Origin: Sulfurovum sp.
Lineage (GTDB): Bacteria > Campylobacterota > Campylobacteria > Campylobacterales > Sulfurovaceae
Length of the DNA stretch: 64,000 nucleotides
Direction: 5' to 3'
Assembly: GCA_030826885.1 (NCBI GenBank)
Contig: JAUUDF010000018.1
Span: 415 to 64,414 of the forward strand
Below, one piece after another: positions 10,530-22,600 of this stretch. Each line of letters opens with the position of its first letter. Positions within the stretch are counted from its first letter, which is position 1. The notes beneath the pieces are model-generated. The model was given only the letters and a program-made list of their open reading frames with translations, did not search any database and was not told the origin of the DNA. The translations under genes were made by a program, and so were the position numbers.

Positions 10530-11987
10530 TTACTCCGGACGGTACACCTTCACATCCGCTCCCTCTGCATCCTTGAGATACTGGGCATGCAGCTGACTCA
10601 TGACACCTTTGTCACAGTAGAGCAGGTAGTTTTTCTCTTTGGGCAGTTTTTTAAACGCTGTTTTGAGTTCATAGAAAGGAATTTTGAGTGTCTCGCAGGG
10701 GCTTTCTATGGTATTTTTCTCAGCTCTGATGTCGATGATGACATCGTTTTTCGGGTCAGGGGTGTGTATGATCTCTATGGGGGCATTGTCGGTGATGTCC
10801 TCGACGATCTCATCGACGTAGATGCTCTTTGCATTTTCTACCGCTTTGTCGAGTACCGTGTAGTCGAAGCGTTTGGCTTCGCGTTCCATACGTTTGAATG
10901 AACCGTGTGTAATGGGGTTTTTGGAGATGACACCGCAGTATTCGGGCATATTCTCCGCAAAACGGCGGGTGCCTATGTCCGTGGCAATACGGATGATCTC
11001 CGGTTTGTTGAGTGTGGCGAGCGGGCGGAGTACCAGTTTATCGGTTGCCTGGTCGATGAGGGCGAGGTTGCGCAGGGTCTGGCTGCTTACCTGTGCGACA
11101 CTCTCGCCGGTAAGCAGTGCATCTATCTCCATGTCGTCGGCTATTTTTTCCGCTGCCATGAGCATGAGACGTTTGAGCGTGACCCCCATGTAGCTTTCGT
11201 GGGTAGAGCGGAAGATTTCGGTGACAACATCTTCAAAGGGGATGGTAACGAACTTTACACGGTGTGACGCACCGAATTTTCTCCAAAGGTACCATGCCAC
11301 CTGTTTGACCCCAATTTCATGTGCCGCACCGCCAAGGTTGAAGAAGATGAAGTGGGTTTTGATACCCCGTTTCATAGTCAGGTAGCTCGCAACAGTCGAG
11401 TCGAACCCGCCGGACATAAGCGAGAGGATGTCTCCCTGCGTGCCAATGGGAAAACCGCCAAGTCCTGCATGTTTGGCGGTAATGATGTTGAGCTGGTTGT
11501 TGACAAGCTCTACCCGTACGGTTACTTCAGGGTTGTGCAGGTCCACTTTTGCCGCATCTGTGTGCGCAAGTGTGTACCCTCCTATAACCCGTTCCATTTC
11601 GGAAGAGTTGAAGGGGTGGGAACCGGTGCGTTTGGCACGTACAACAAAGCGTTTGCCTGCAATGTCGTCGGCAACGACCTCTCCTACCTTTACCTTAATG
11701 GCATCAAGTGTCTCCATCTTGTCGAACTGCAGTGCTTCAAGCACCTGTTCAATGCCCGGCGTATGGCGCAGAACTTCGCGTACTTTGTCTACATATTCTA
11801 TGGGAGTGACGACCTCTATTTTGTCTGAGAAGCGTTTGATGGCGATCTCTTCACTGAGCGGCTTAAGAAGGGCAAGCAGGTTTTGGTAGAGCTGGTTGAC
11901 CATCTGCTTTTTTGCACTGCTTCCCTTGACCATGATCTCGGGAAAAAGTTTGAGAATGAATTTTTGTGTCGCTGCTTCGTTTTTCAC
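10530..11987 (-). CDS. thiI: tRNA 4-thiouridine synthase with THUMP and C-terminal rhodanese-like domain
   Basis: PEIMVKG, SGGFDS, TGES.AQVSSQT, PEYCGVIS and YLLYCDKGVMS; GTG start at 11987 inferred. Confidence 0.95.
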   Translation of the reverse strand: MKNEAATQKFILKLFPEIMVKGSSAKKQMVNQLYQNLLALLKPLSEEIAIKRFSDKIEVVTPIEYVDKVREVLRHTPGIEQVLEALQFDKMETLDAIKVKVGEVVADDIAGKRFVVRAKRTGSHPFNSSEMERVIGGYTLAHTDAAKVDLHNPEVTVRVELVNNQLNIITAKHAGLGGFPIGTQGDILSLMSGGFDSTVASYLTMKRGIKTHFIFFNLGGAAHEIGVKQVAWYLWRKFGASHRVKFVTIPFEDVVTEIFRSTHESYMGVTLKRLMLMAAEKIADDMEIDALLTGESVAQVSSQTLRNLALIDQATDKLVLRPLATLNKPEIIRIATDIGTRRFAENMPEYCGVISKNPITHGSFKRMEREAKRFDYTVLDKAVENAKSIYVDEIVEDITDNAPIEIIHTPDPKNDVIIDIRAEKNTIESPCETLKIPFYELKTAFKKLPKEKNYLLYCDKGVMSQLHAQYLKDAEGADVKVYRPE

Positions 11988-12133
11988 GATAGACTGCCTT
12001 GTTGTGTAAAAATAGACCGTATTATACCACATGCATTTAGATGTGTAGAAAAACACGACGTATTCGCTGTGATTAACCGACACTTTAGTCCTTTTTATGT
12101 AAAATACAGCAAATTATTTCAAGAGGATGTTTC

Positions 12134-12859
12134 ATGGAAGGTGTATTTACTTACCTTGGCGGTATTTTGGGAGAGCACAACCACAGTGCCGTACTAATTG
12201 CTCACCTGCTGCTTGTAGCGGTTATTTCTGTTTTGGTCGCAAAAGCGGCAACCAAAAGTCTCAGAGCTGTGCCAACCGGTACACAGAATGTGATGGAGGC
12301 TTACCTCGGCGGTGTCATTGCAATGGGTAAAGATGTCATTGGTGAAGAGCTCGCACGCAAATATCTGCCGCTTGTGGCTGCGGTGGGTATCTTTATTTTT
12401 GTATCGAACGTGATCGGTATTATCCCGGGATTCGAGTCTCCAACCTCCAACATTAATGTGACACTGCCTTTGGCAATTATGGTATTTGTATATTATAACT
12501 TCGAAGGGATCAAAAAGAACGGTGTGGTACACTACTTCGCACACTTCGCAGGCCCGGTAAAACTGCTTGCGCCATTGATGTTCCCGATTGAGATCGTCTC
12601 TCACATTTCACGTATCATCTCCCTCTCTTTCCGTTTGTTCGGTAACATCAAGGGTGACGATCTCTTTTTGTGGGTACTGCTGATGCTCGTTCCTTTTGTC
12701 GCGCCGCTGCCTGCATACCTTTTGCTGACATTTTCTGCACTGCTGCAGACATTTGTCTTTATGATTCTGATCTACGTCTATCTTGCCGGTGCGGTCGCTG
12801 TTGATGAAGAGCACGAAAAAGCGCCTGAGCCGGTCATCGACACTATGGGAGCAGTATAA
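12134..12859 (+). CDS. atpB: F0F1 ATP synthase subunit a
   Basis: [29 protein letters not shown] and LQTFVF..L...Y motifs. Confidence 0.97.
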   Translation: MEGVFTYLGGILGEHNHSAVLIAHLLLVAVISVLVAKAATKSLRAVPTGTQNVMEAYLGGVIAMGKDVIGEELARKYLPLVAAVGIFIFVSNVIGIIPGFESPTSNINVTLPLAIMVFVYYNFEGIKKNGVVHYFAHFAGPVKLLAPLMFPIEIVSHISRIISLSFRLFGNIKGDDLFLWVLLMLVPFVAPLPAYLLLTFSALLQTFVFMILIYVYLAGAVAVDEEHEKAPEPVIDTMGAV

Positions 12860-12864
12860 GCTTT

Positions 12865-13128
12865 ATGCGTCTTGGCAACAGGCCGCTTGGCTTTGTCATC
12901 AACTTTCTTCTTGGTGCATCGTGGGCAATGGTTTTCCTCGGTGCCCTGAGTTTCTTTTTTTCCCTTTACCATGACAGTATAGTTGCTGCACTGCTTTATG
13001 CCATAGTAGGTGCCGTTCCCGGACTTGTCGGTGTATTGTTTCTGGAGCATATTCTCACCAACAAAGAGAAACTCGCCGAACTGAAAAAACAGACACGGCT
13101 GCTTGAGAGAATAGCGAAGAACAAGTAG
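12865..13128 (+). CDS. Small membrane protein of unknown function
   Basis: Two hydrophobic helices and a charged tail; 5 nt after atpB. Confidence 0.7.
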   Translation: MRLGNRPLGFVINFLLGASWAMVFLGALSFFFSLYHDSIVAALLYAIVGAVPGLVGVLFLEHILTNKEKLAELKKQTRLLERIAKNK

Positions 13129-13265
13129 TCGGGTTCAAAATACGGGCTAAACCTAAAATCTCGAAACAGCATTCTCTCAATAGCGGTAAACTCCCTTAAA
13201 TGACCAAAACGCTATAATATCTACACTTTAGAAACCATATATTTATCTATCGAAGGAAACATATT

Positions 13266-14696
13266 ATGTTTGAAACCGTCATCGGTCTTGAAGTACATGT
13301 TCAGCTCAATACAAAAACCAAGCTATTCTGTGCCTGTCCCACCTCTTTTGCCGCACATCAGAACAGCAATACCTGTCCGACCTGTCTGGCACTTCCGGGT
13401 GCTTTGCCTGTAGTCAACAAAGAGGCGGCGATAAAGGCGATGCGTTTTGCCAATGCAGTCCGTGCCGACATCAACGAAGCAAGCCGTTTTGACAGAAAGT
13501 CCTACTTCTACCCCGACTCGCCAAGCGCCTATCAGATTACACAGTTTTATGAGCCGATTTTGAGAAACGGAACGATCGTCATTGACCTTGAGGACGGGTC
13601 GCAAAAAGAGATTCGCATTACAGAAGCGCACCTTGAGGCGGATGCCGGGAAGAATATGCATGAAGGCAACCACTCCAAAGTCGACCTTAACCGTGCGGGT
13701 ACGCCACTGCTTGAGATTGTCTCTGCCCCGGATTTACGCAGTGCGGACGAGACCATCGCTTACCTGAAAAAACTGCATGCAATGGTGCGTTACCTCGATA
13801 TTTCCGATGCCAATATGCAGGAGGGGTCCTTCCGGTGTGACGTGAATGTCTCTGTCCGTCCAAAAGGGCAGGAGGCGTTTGGTACACGTGTAGAGATTAA
13901 AAACATGAACTCCTTTAAGTTCATTGCACAGGCGATAGCCTATGAAGTGACACGCCAGATTGAAGCGTACGAGGACGGGGTGTATGAAGAGGAGATCGTA
14001 CAGGAGACGCGACTGTTCGATGTTGACAAAGGAGAGACCCGTTCGATGAGAGGTAAAGAGGAAGCGGCAGATTATCGCTATTTCCCCGAGCCGGACATCC
14101 GTCCGCTTGTGGTAACGGAGGAGATGAAAGAGGCGGCACGTCACATCCCTGAACTGCCGGATGAGAAAGTAAAACGGTATGTAGAGGAACTGGGTATCAA
14201 GCGTTACGACGCACTGGTGATCTCCGCAACCAAAGAGATGGCTGTCTATTTTGAAGAGATGCTTGCGCACGGTGCTTCGGCAAAACAGGCCGTTACCTGG
14301 CTGACCTCGGAGCTGCTTGGCAGACTTAATAAAGCGGGACTTGACATTGAAAGCTCTCCTGTCGATGCCAAAACACTCGGTACACTGGTGTGTAAGATCA
14401 CCGACGGTACGGTTTCGGGTAAAGGCGCCAAAGAGGTGCTTGACTACATGATGGAAAATGAAAATCGTGACGTTGATGCCATCATCGAGGAGTTGGGACT
14501 GGTACAGGTGAGTGACGACGGTGCGATTCTGGCGATTATCGACGAGATATTGGCGAACAATGCCCAGAAGGTCGAGGAGTACAAGTCCGGCAAAGAGAAA
14601 CTTTTCGGTTTCTTTGTGGGGCAGACGATGAAAGCAAGCAAAGGTTCCGCCAACCCTGCAAAGGTCAACGAGTTGCTTAAACAGAGACTTTCGTAA
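13266..14696 (+). CDS. gatB: Asp/Glu-tRNA amidotransferase subunit B
   Basis: [34 protein letters not shown] and YRYFPEPD motifs. Confidence 0.98.
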   Translation: MFETVIGLEVHVQLNTKTKLFCACPTSFAAHQNSNTCPTCLALPGALPVVNKEAAIKAMRFANAVRADINEASRFDRKSYFYPDSPSAYQITQFYEPILRNGTIVIDLEDGSQKEIRITEAHLEADAGKNMHEGNHSKVDLNRAGTPLLEIVSAPDLRSADETIAYLKKLHAMVRYLDISDANMQEGSFRCDVNVSVRPKGQEAFGTRVEIKNMNSFKFIAQAIAYEVTRQIEAYEDGVYEEEIVQETRLFDVDKGETRSMRGKEEAADYRYFPEPDIRPLVVTEEMKEAARHIPELPDEKVKRYVEELGIKRYDALVISATKEMAVYFEEMLAHGASAKQAVTWLTSELLGRLNKAGLDIESSPVDAKTLGTLVCKITDGTVSGKGAKEVLDYMMENENRDVDAIIEELGLVQVSDDGAILAIIDEILANNAQKVEEYKSGKEKLFGFFVGQTMKASKGSANPAKVNELLKQRLS

Positions 14697-14711
14697 GAAA
14701 AAGGAGAGAGT

Positions 14712-16235
14712 ATGGGCATCAACGAAATTGTTTTGTCTGTTGCCCGCAAGCTGCATACCTCTTCTACTTACCATAAAATCAAACACTTTGTACATGATAT
14801 CTTTACGAATGAAAAGAACGTGTACAAAAAATATTTCGATCTGACGATCATTTTTCTGATTTTCACCTCCATTTTCATTTTGGTCTATGAAGTGAAATAT
14901 CCGGTACCCTACTGGATGGATTTTTACGATATTTACATCGTCTCCGTTATTTTCGGGCTGGAGTACCTTTTGCGCCTGTGGGTACACAATGACCTGAGTG
15001 AGATGGTCATAGAGAGTTACCATGATGCCCAGTTTCTGGGCAAACCGTTCAGTGCTGTAGCGCCTTTGAAAAAAGGGCTTCTCCAAAAACTGCAGTTTAT
15101 GGTAACCCCGTCGGCGATCATCGACCTGCTGGCGATCTTCCCGACCTATAGACCGCTCAGGCTCTTTCGGGTGCTCAAACTGCTTCGGTATGCCAAAAGC
15201 ATCAACCAGTTTGTGGATGTCCTCTCCAACAAACGTTTCGAACTTCTGACTCTACTGCTGCTTTTGGTCTTTATTGTCTTTACTTCGGGTATCGCTATCT
15301 ACGTACTTGAGGAGAAGGTCAACCCCAACATCAACTCAGTTTTTGATGCTTTCTACTGGGCACTGGTGACCATTTCAACGGTTGGTTTTGGAGACATTTC
15401 CCCCGTAACAGTAGAGGGACGCAGCATCTCGATGATGATCATTGTCAGCGGGATCGCGATGATCTCTTTCGCGACGTCGGTGATTGTTTCGGCATTTTCC
15501 GAAAAGCTTGGTGAGGTCAAGGAACAGCGCGTTATCGAGAAGATCAACAAGAACGATGCGTTTCTTATTATCTGCGGATACGGTCAGATGGCGAAGATGT
15601 TTCTTCGCAAAGAGAATTTGCGTGACGATGAATATATTATTCTTGAAAAAGATATTGAGAAAGTCGAAGCCGGAAGAAGGGAAGGCTATACGATCATTCA
15701 GGAAGATGCCAGCCGTACGGAGGTGCTCAAGCGTTTCAATACCACCCATGCCAAAGTGACCGTTCTCTGTCTGATTGCGGACGACATTGAAAACATCTAC
15801 ATTACCCTGACGGCAAAATCGATCTCACACAAGATCAAAGTGATCACCCGTGCCAATGACAGCAGCATGGTAAAAAAACTCAAACATGCCGGTGCCGATC
15901 ACATTTTGATGCCTACCGAGGTTGTGAACAATATGATCCACATTGCCATTACACAACCGACCATGTACAAAGCACTCCATGCCGTATTGACCGGAAAGGA
16001 TGTGGCGCAGATCTACGAAATTCATGTGGGGATGCATCATACGCTGATTGGCATGAGCATCGATGCGCTGGATTTCATAGACTATAAGCTGCTTTTTATC
16101 GGCATTCACCGAAATGGTACATTTCTCTTTAATCCTCCCAAAGATACTATTCTTGAACCACATGACATTATGCTGGTTATTGGCAGAAAGATCAGTGTGG
16201 AATATTTTCAGAAGATGCACAGGGAGATAGGCTGA
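14712..16235 (+). CDS. Voltage-gated-type potassium channel with RCK (TrkA-N/C) domains
   Basis: S4-like RPLRLFRVLKLLR, filter TISTVGFGD and ICGYGQMA RCK domain. Confidence 0.88.
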   Translation: MGINEIVLSVARKLHTSSTYHKIKHFVHDIFTNEKNVYKKYFDLTIIFLIFTSIFILVYEVKYPVPYWMDFYDIYIVSVIFGLEYLLRLWVHNDLSEMVIESYHDAQFLGKPFSAVAPLKKGLLQKLQFMVTPSAIIDLLAIFPTYRPLRLFRVLKLLRYAKSINQFVDVLSNKRFELLTLLLLLVFIVFTSGIAIYVLEEKVNPNINSVFDAFYWALVTISTVGFGDISPVTVEGRSISMMIIVSGIAMISFATSVIVSAFSEKLGEVKEQRVIEKINKNDAFLIICGYGQMAKMFLRKENLRDDEYIILEKDIEKVEAGRREGYTIIQEDASRTEVLKRFNTTHAKVTVLCLIADDIENIYITLTAKSISHKIKVITRANDSSMVKKLKHAGADHILMPTEVVNNMIHIAITQPTMYKALHAVLTGKDVAQIYEIHVGMHHTLIGMSIDALDFIDYKLLFIGIHRNGTFLFNPPKDTILEPHDIMLVIGRKISVEYFQKMHREIG

Positions 16236-16933
16236 TGGGTACAAAAAAGATTCTTCTTTTTGGCTATGGTAAACACGGCAGACCCATTGCAAAGGGGCTC
16301 AAAGAGGATGGTTACAGGGTCAGGGTGGTCGAGGAAAACTTTGAAGGGTATGAACATGCGCTCAAAGACGGTTTTTATGCAGTGCATATAGATATAAGTG
16401 ATGACGATTCACTGCGCGAACTTGACCTGCAAGAGTATGATCAGGTTGTATGTGTGATGGATGATGAGCACTACAATGTTTTTCTAACCCTCTCACTGAC
16501 AGCGCTTTTCCCCGATCTGTACATTGTCGCAATTTCCGACTCAATCCATGTGACAGAGAAGCTCAGGCTCGCGGGGGCCAAACGTGTCATAGACATGTAT
16601 GAGGTGAGTGCAAACCGGATTTACAATATCCTGCACAGACCGGTCGCTACGGAACTGCTCAAGGAGTTTGTTGCCAGCAAAGAGGGAATCAGCTTTATGG
16701 AGATGGAGATCCCAGAAGGGTCGTTTCTGCATGGCAAAATGAGTGATGAGATCAACTTTGCACACTATGACGTACTCCTTGTTGGGCTGGTTGATTTTGA
16801 GCGTCATCAGGGCTTTGAGTTTGTGACGGCAGGGCATCAGCACTGTTTGGATGCAGGAGACATTATTGTCTGTATGGGCGAGGTGGAGAACCTGAGAATT
16901 TTTAAGAAACTAATCTCGAAGAAGGAGCTTTAA
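16235..16933 (+). CDS. TrkA/RCK-domain potassium-transport regulatory protein
   Basis: LFGYGKHG Rossmann motif and TrkA-C domain; translationally coupled to the channel gene. Confidence 0.85.
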   Translation: MGTKKILLFGYGKHGRPIAKGLKEDGYRVRVVEENFEGYEHALKDGFYAVHIDISDDDSLRELDLQEYDQVVCVMDDEHYNVFLTLSLTALFPDLYIVAISDSIHVTEKLRLAGAKRVIDMYEVSANRIYNILHRPVATELLKEFVASKEGISFMEMEIPEGSFLHGKMSDEINFAHYDVLLVGLVDFERHQGFEFVTAGHQHCLDAGDIIVCMGEVENLRIFKKLISKKEL

Positions 16934-17821
16934 ATGGAGATGGCTGTCATTGGTGCAGGAAAGTGGGGACAGGCGCTCTACCATGCCTATTCGCAAAAGA
17001 ACGATGTGGTCATTCACTCAAGAACCCCACGTGATATTGAACACTTCGTCTCTTTGGATGAAGCATTGCAAAGAGAGTATCTTGTCATGGCGATCCCGGC
17101 ACAGTCTGTCAGAGGATGGCTTGAGGAACACTTTATGGATCACGGACAGAAGATACTTGTCGCCGCCAAGGGTATTGAAATCAGTACCGGTGCGTTTTTG
17201 AACGATATTTACGGAGCGTTTGTTCCCCAGGACCGTCTGGCATATATCTCCGGTCCCTCTTTTGCCGCAGAGGTGGAACAGTCGCTTCCTACGGCACTGA
17301 TGATCAGCTCAAGCAATCTTGCTTTGGCAGAGGTCTTTGCCAGGGCACTGCCGGATTTTATCAAGGGATACGTCGGTGACGATGTTGTCGGGGCGGAGGT
17401 TTCCGGTGCCTATAAAAACGTCATTGCAATTGCGGGCGGTGTGAGTGACGGTTTAAAGCTTGGAAACAACGCCCGTGCAGCGCTTATTTCAAGAGGACTG
17501 GTGGAGATGGCACGTTTTGGCGAAGCCTTTGGTGCCAAAGCAGAGACCTTTCTTTCACTCGGAGGCGCGGGAGATCTTTTTCTGACGGCCAGCTCCACCC
17601 TGTCACGAAACTACAGGGTAGGACTGGGACTTGCACAAGGTAAGGACATGGAAACGATCCTCGCTGAACTTGGTGAAGTGGCGGAGGGGGTACCGACTGC
17701 CAGAGCCTTGCATATGATTGCACAGGAAAAAAATCTCTATCTGCCCATTGCCGAAGAGGTCTATGCGATGATAGAAGAGAGAAAGGATCCGCGTCAAAGT
17801 GTCGCTGACCTTCTGGTATAA
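16934..17821 (+). CDS. gpsA: NAD(P)H-dependent glycerol-3-phosphate dehydrogenase
   Basis: IGAGKWG, SGPSFAAEV, KNVIAIAGG, GDLFLTASS.LSRNY and AEGV motifs. Confidence 0.97.
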   Translation: MEMAVIGAGKWGQALYHAYSQKNDVVIHSRTPRDIEHFVSLDEALQREYLVMAIPAQSVRGWLEEHFMDHGQKILVAAKGIEISTGAFLNDIYGAFVPQDRLAYISGPSFAAEVEQSLPTALMISSSNLALAEVFARALPDFIKGYVGDDVVGAEVSGAYKNVIAIAGGVSDGLKLGNNARAALISRGLVEMARFGEAFGAKAETFLSLGGAGDLFLTASSTLSRNYRVGLGLAQGKDMETILAELGEVAEGVPTARALHMIAQEKNLYLPIAEEVYAMIEERKDPRQSVADLLV

Positions 17822-17852
17822 TGTGTGCTATAATGCAGACAGACAATAGGAA

Positions 17853-19646
17853 ATGATGATGCGAAAAAGATGGAGCAACATAATACTTCTGTTAGGTTTT
17901 TGTTCCCTCTTTTTGCTTGAAAACAGTATGGCGGCGGACTCCAATGCGACAGCATTGCTGCCTGTAAAGAAGATTGTCGTTTCCGGCCTTCATGCATTTG
18001 ATGAGGATGACATCTATGAAGCAGTCAGTGCCGACACTCCCGGTTTTTTCTCTTTTGGCAAAAGCAAAGAGATCACCATCAAAGAGAAACTCATTCCCTC
18101 GATCGAACCTTCGCTGCGTGCCTACTTTGACTCGGAAGGCTACTACGATGCCAACTTTACAGTCAAAGACAGAAACGATACTGTGTATATTCAGGTAGAA
18201 GAGGGAAAGCCTGTTCGGGTAGCAGACATTAATATCAGCGCTGACTTTGATATCGCCTATCTCGTGCGAATGCAAAAAAGAGATGTTTTCAGGGCAAAGG
18301 ATTTTATTGAAGCGAAAAGCCGGATAATCGATGCGCTGCTGCGCAACGGATACTGCAGTTACGATTTGGACACCAGAGCATATGTCGACCTTGAAACGCA
18401 CCGTGTCGACCTTGTGTACAAGTTGAAAAAAGGTGGTGTGTGTACCTTTGGAAAAGTCACGATCAAAGGGCTTGAAACGATTGATGAACGCATTGTCAAA
18501 TCGCGAGTGCGTGCAAAAGAGGGGATGCGTTTTAGTACAGAGGTGGTACAGAATACCTCTGCCGCAATTTATGACTTGAAAGCGTTCGATTCCGTTCTTA
18601 TAGATGTGGACAAAAAGTTTTTTAACGTCGTTCCTGTCGAAGTGCATGTCAAAGAGATGCAGGACCCGTACCATGTAGAGGCGGGTGCCGGGTATGATAC
18701 GTATGTGGGGCCAAGGGTACATGCGACGTTTACCAAACACAACTTTATGGGGAATGCGCAGCAGCTGACACTCAGAGGGGCATGGTCGTCACTCGAGCAG
18801 CTTGCCATTGTCGATTTTTACAAGCCGGTGGTTTTGTCGCTGTTTGGTGTCGATATGGACTTTGGTGCAAGTGGCGGCTATTCAAATTTGGAGTTTGACG
18901 GCTTTAGAGAGACGAAGGGATTCGCAAAAGGGTATCTGAAGTACGAGGATGACGCATTGCGTCTCATTGGCGGTTTTGCATTGGAGAACATTGATATTTC
19001 CGAACTCTCCGACGGTGAAAAACTGCTGCCTGATTATGCGTACGATACCTTTGTCCTCGCCTACCCCTATTTGGATATTACCTATGACAAGAGAGACTCC
19101 AAACTTAACCCCAAATACGGCTACTACCTTTCAGGTTATTTCGAGATGGGTCTGCCTATGGAGAGTGAAGCGAGTCTCTACCTTAAAAGTGCACTGGAAG
19201 CAAGGGCGATCTATACGGTTTCGGAGCTGACCATGGCAGTAGTCGGAAAGATAGGCTCGATCGATATTCAAACCGACTCACTGCACGGTATTCCTGAATC
19301 GAAAAAATTCTTTGCCGGAGGCTCCTACTCCAACCGTGCCTACGGTTTTCGTGAACTGGGGGTGATTGTCTCCCCTACAAAAGACCTTGTCAACGGCGCA
19401 CTCAGTATGGCAAACCTCTCGGTGGAAGCGGACTATCCGTTATGGGGGAAACTCTACGGCGCAGTATTTAGCGACAATACGATGCTAACGGACAAAAGCT
19501 ATGACTACAGCGGGAAGATCATCAGCTCGGCAGGGGTGGGAGTACGCTACATGACACCGGTAGGCCCTTTCAAGCTTGATGTCGGGTTCAATACCCACGA
19601 CCCATCCATCTATGGTATATCATTTCAGATAGGGCAGTCATTCTAA
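17853..19646 (+). CDS. tamA: Omp85-family outer membrane protein (TamA-like)
   Basis: POTRA repeats, FFAGGSYSNRAY, GVGVRYMTPVGP and C-terminal IGQSF; precedes a TamB-like gene. Confidence 0.85.
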   Translation: MMMRKRWSNIILLLGFCSLFLLENSMAADSNATALLPVKKIVVSGLHAFDEDDIYEAVSADTPGFFSFGKSKEITIKEKLIPSIEPSLRAYFDSEGYYDANFTVKDRNDTVYIQVEEGKPVRVADINISADFDIAYLVRMQKRDVFRAKDFIEAKSRIIDALLRNGYCSYDLDTRAYVDLETHRVDLVYKLKKGGVCTFGKVTIKGLETIDERIVKSRVRAKEGMRFSTEVVQNTSAAIYDLKAFDSVLIDVDKKFFNVVPVEVHVKEMQDPYHVEAGAGYDTYVGPRVHATFTKHNFMGNAQQLTLRGAWSSLEQLAIVDFYKPVVLSLFGVDMDFGASGGYSNLEFDGFRETKGFAKGYLKYEDDALRLIGGFALENIDISELSDGEKLLPDYAYDTFVLAYPYLDITYDKRDSKLNPKYGYYLSGYFEMGLPMESEASLYLKSALEARAIYTVSELTMAVVGKIGSIDIQTDSLHGIPESKKFFAGGSYSNRAYGFRELGVIVSPTKDLVNGALSMANLSVEADYPLWGKLYGAVFSDNTMLTDKSYDYSGKIISSAGVGVRYMTPVGPFKLDVGFNTHDPSIYGISFQIGQSF

Positions 19647-22600
19647 TGAAAAAAGTACTGATTATAGCTGTTTCACTGATTGTCTTTATGGTGGGGGCGC
19701 TGGTCATTGCTGCGAACTCCTCCTATGTTCTGCAAAAAGCGTTTGAGCGGTTTGCGCCAGAGTACAATCTTACCTGCCAAAGCATATCGGGCAATCTGCT
19801 GACTGGTGTACGGATGAAGGGACTGCGGTATGCCAACAGAGAGATTGCGGATGAGATAGGCTTTAGGTGGAACCCTGTCAAACTGCTCTCGAGAGAACTT
19901 TCTGTAGGAAAGGTCACGTTACAGGAAGTTGATGTCGATACGCTCAAAGCACTTGCTGCTTCATTCGATGCCAACAGTGCCGAACCAGAGAGTACGAAAG
20001 AAGACTTGGATACCCCGTTGCCGTTTTCTGTAAAGGTTGGCAGTGCGCATGTTTCACTCAAACCGTTTGTAGAGCAGGGGGTTGCTTTCGAGTCGGTGAA
20101 ACTTGATACATCCGGGCTCGTTTATGCAGCAAAAAGCCTTGAAGCCAAAAAAGCGGCAATCCAGATAGAGAGCAATGTGACGGATATGTCACTGCATGCC
20201 TCTTTGCAGAAGCGTATGTTGAGACTTCATACACTTTTCATTCAAGAAATCGACATTAAAGCAATACAGAGACTTTTGGAGAGTGTGGAGAAAAAGAGCA
20301 GCGAACCACCTAAGGCTCAACCGCAACAGACAGAGCAGACAAGCACACTGCTACCTCAAAAGATCGTACTTGAAAAAGTACATATTGACACACTACCTGC
20401 ACGTTTTCCCCCTGTACATCTGCATAGCTTTATGGTTGAAGGTAGAAACATCATGTTTGACCCAAAGAGGCTGCTTGTTGCCGACGGGTTTGTTGACTTG
20501 AATGTAACGACCAACCTGACCAGTGCCAAAGAGCACGGGCGTATCCGTAACAATACATTCCTGGGTGATATTGTCCTGACACCGCACAACAAACTTTATA
20601 CGCTTTACAAACTTCCGCTTCGCAAAAAAGCGATCGGGAGTGTCAACATTGATTTCAATGTGACAAAAGAGCGTATCAGTGCCGATGTCTACTCCCATGC
20701 ACAAAACATTCTGCAACTGCCCCCAAACCCGGACGGCAACGCTACAGAGATAAGGATCGATGTCGATAAGCTCTTCAGTCATGTCGTGGTTGACATACCC
20801 CACATGCATCTTCGTGCCGACACTGCTCTGGAAGTGAGTACCCCCTATACGAAACAGCTGCAGCTTGAAAACCACCTTTCCTTCATGGAAAATAATTTTA
20901 CCTATGAGGGGAGAGTGAAAACAGAAGGACTCAAGGGTATAGATGCAAACCTGACCAAACCGCTACGCCATCTTTCACTCACCTACAGGGGAACGATAAA
21001 GCAGATAGATGCATGGCTCGATGCAGAAAGTGTTGAAGGCAGTCTGCACTCTTCGGATTTTAAACAGGGGGCTTTGCGTCTGCGTACGAAAGCGCCGATT
21101 GCACTTGCGACCCTTTTTTCTTTACCTCAGTCACTCTCGGAAGCACAGGCGGGCATGGTACTTGAAGCACCCATCGATTTCGTTACGCCTGTACCGTTGC
21201 ATGTGCATGCACAGGTACGTTCAAACCTTGTCAATGCAGATGCAAACCTGACTTACAAAGAGAGTGTGACAGTGACTGCACATGCTGCCGTTCCTGCCAA
21301 TTCGCTTTTAAGAGAACTCGACCCGAACATCAAGTGGGGAGCGCTCTCTCCTTTGACACTGCAGGGGGCGCTTGGTGCAAACGATACGCTGACGATGCGT
21401 TCCAAGCAGCTAAAGGCAGCGTTTGCCATGCAGAAAAATAGCGGCAATATAACGGGTCGTATCGTTCTCCCCGGCATAGAGGCGACACTGCAGGGGAACC
21501 GGAAAGATTTTGTATTGATTCACAGTGAGGTGGAATCGTTGAAAACAGTCTCTTCTGCCATCGGTACATTTTACACCCTGAAGGAGCTGCCTAATATAGA
21601 AGGCTCCTTTGCTTTCGATATGATCCTCATGCATGACGGCAATACCAGTATACAGCTTAGATCGAACCATATCGCCTACCATGCCGGGAGGACAACATCA
21701 CATGAACTTGATGACCTCTCTTTGATGGTGAGCAAGAAAGGTTCTGAGATTATGGTGAACTCTTACTACTGCCGCTATAACGGTATGGAAATTTACGCAT
21801 CGAAGCCGTCGATCATCTCTTTGAAACAACAGTCTCTTTCTGTCGTGCAGGCGTGGGTGAACGACCAGCTTAAACTTTACGGAGATCTTGACTTGGGCAG
21901 CATGAAAGGCGAAATCGATGCCAAGGCAGAGAAACTGCATATTGCCCATGAACTTGCAGATGCCGATGTCAAGGTCGATCTCAAGACACTCTTTGACGGC
22001 AACAGTACGGATATTCGTGGTAATGTAATCCTGCTTGATGGCAACATTCATTATGATCTTGCTACCAAAACCTTTCCGAGCGACAGTGACATTGTCATTG
22101 TCAAAAAACACGGAGCCGATTCAAACACCTCATCTGCAGATACTTTGAGTATGCTAGTGAATGTCACTACCAAAAAGCCGCTTGTCTACAGGGAAGGGCC
22201 AGTCGATGTCAGGGCTGCAGCCGAACTGGTCGTACATAAGGCGCCCGATTCAGCTCCCATGGTACTTGGAACGATCGATATTGTAGATGGCAGCAGTTAT
22301 CTGTTTCAGGGAAAAAGATTCGTGCTTGAGAAGAGTCACATCTACCTCACAGGCGACCCCCTCAAACCGATGCTTGATTTGAAAGCAAAGTATAAAGGGA
22401 TCAAATATGTGGTGACAGTGACCATTACCGGAACGCCGGCTGTGCCGAATATTATGCTTTCTTCTGTCCCGAGCCTTGAGAAGGGGCAGATTCTTTCACT
22501 GATTCTGTTTGACTCGGAGGAGGTTGCCGGCACGAATGACGCCAACAGTATGATGAAAATGATGGGTGGTGCCATGGCAAAGTCGGCACTGAATGATCTT

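Noticed and set aside
12134-12859. atpB separated from the other atp genes
   Set aside because: Split atp operons are normal in Campylobacterota
13734-15086. 450-aa antisense ORF, and similar shadow ORFs such as 33512-34552, 17892-18740, 38152-38937 and 9612-10259
   Set aside because: They lie antisense to well-supported genes and show no recognisable motifs
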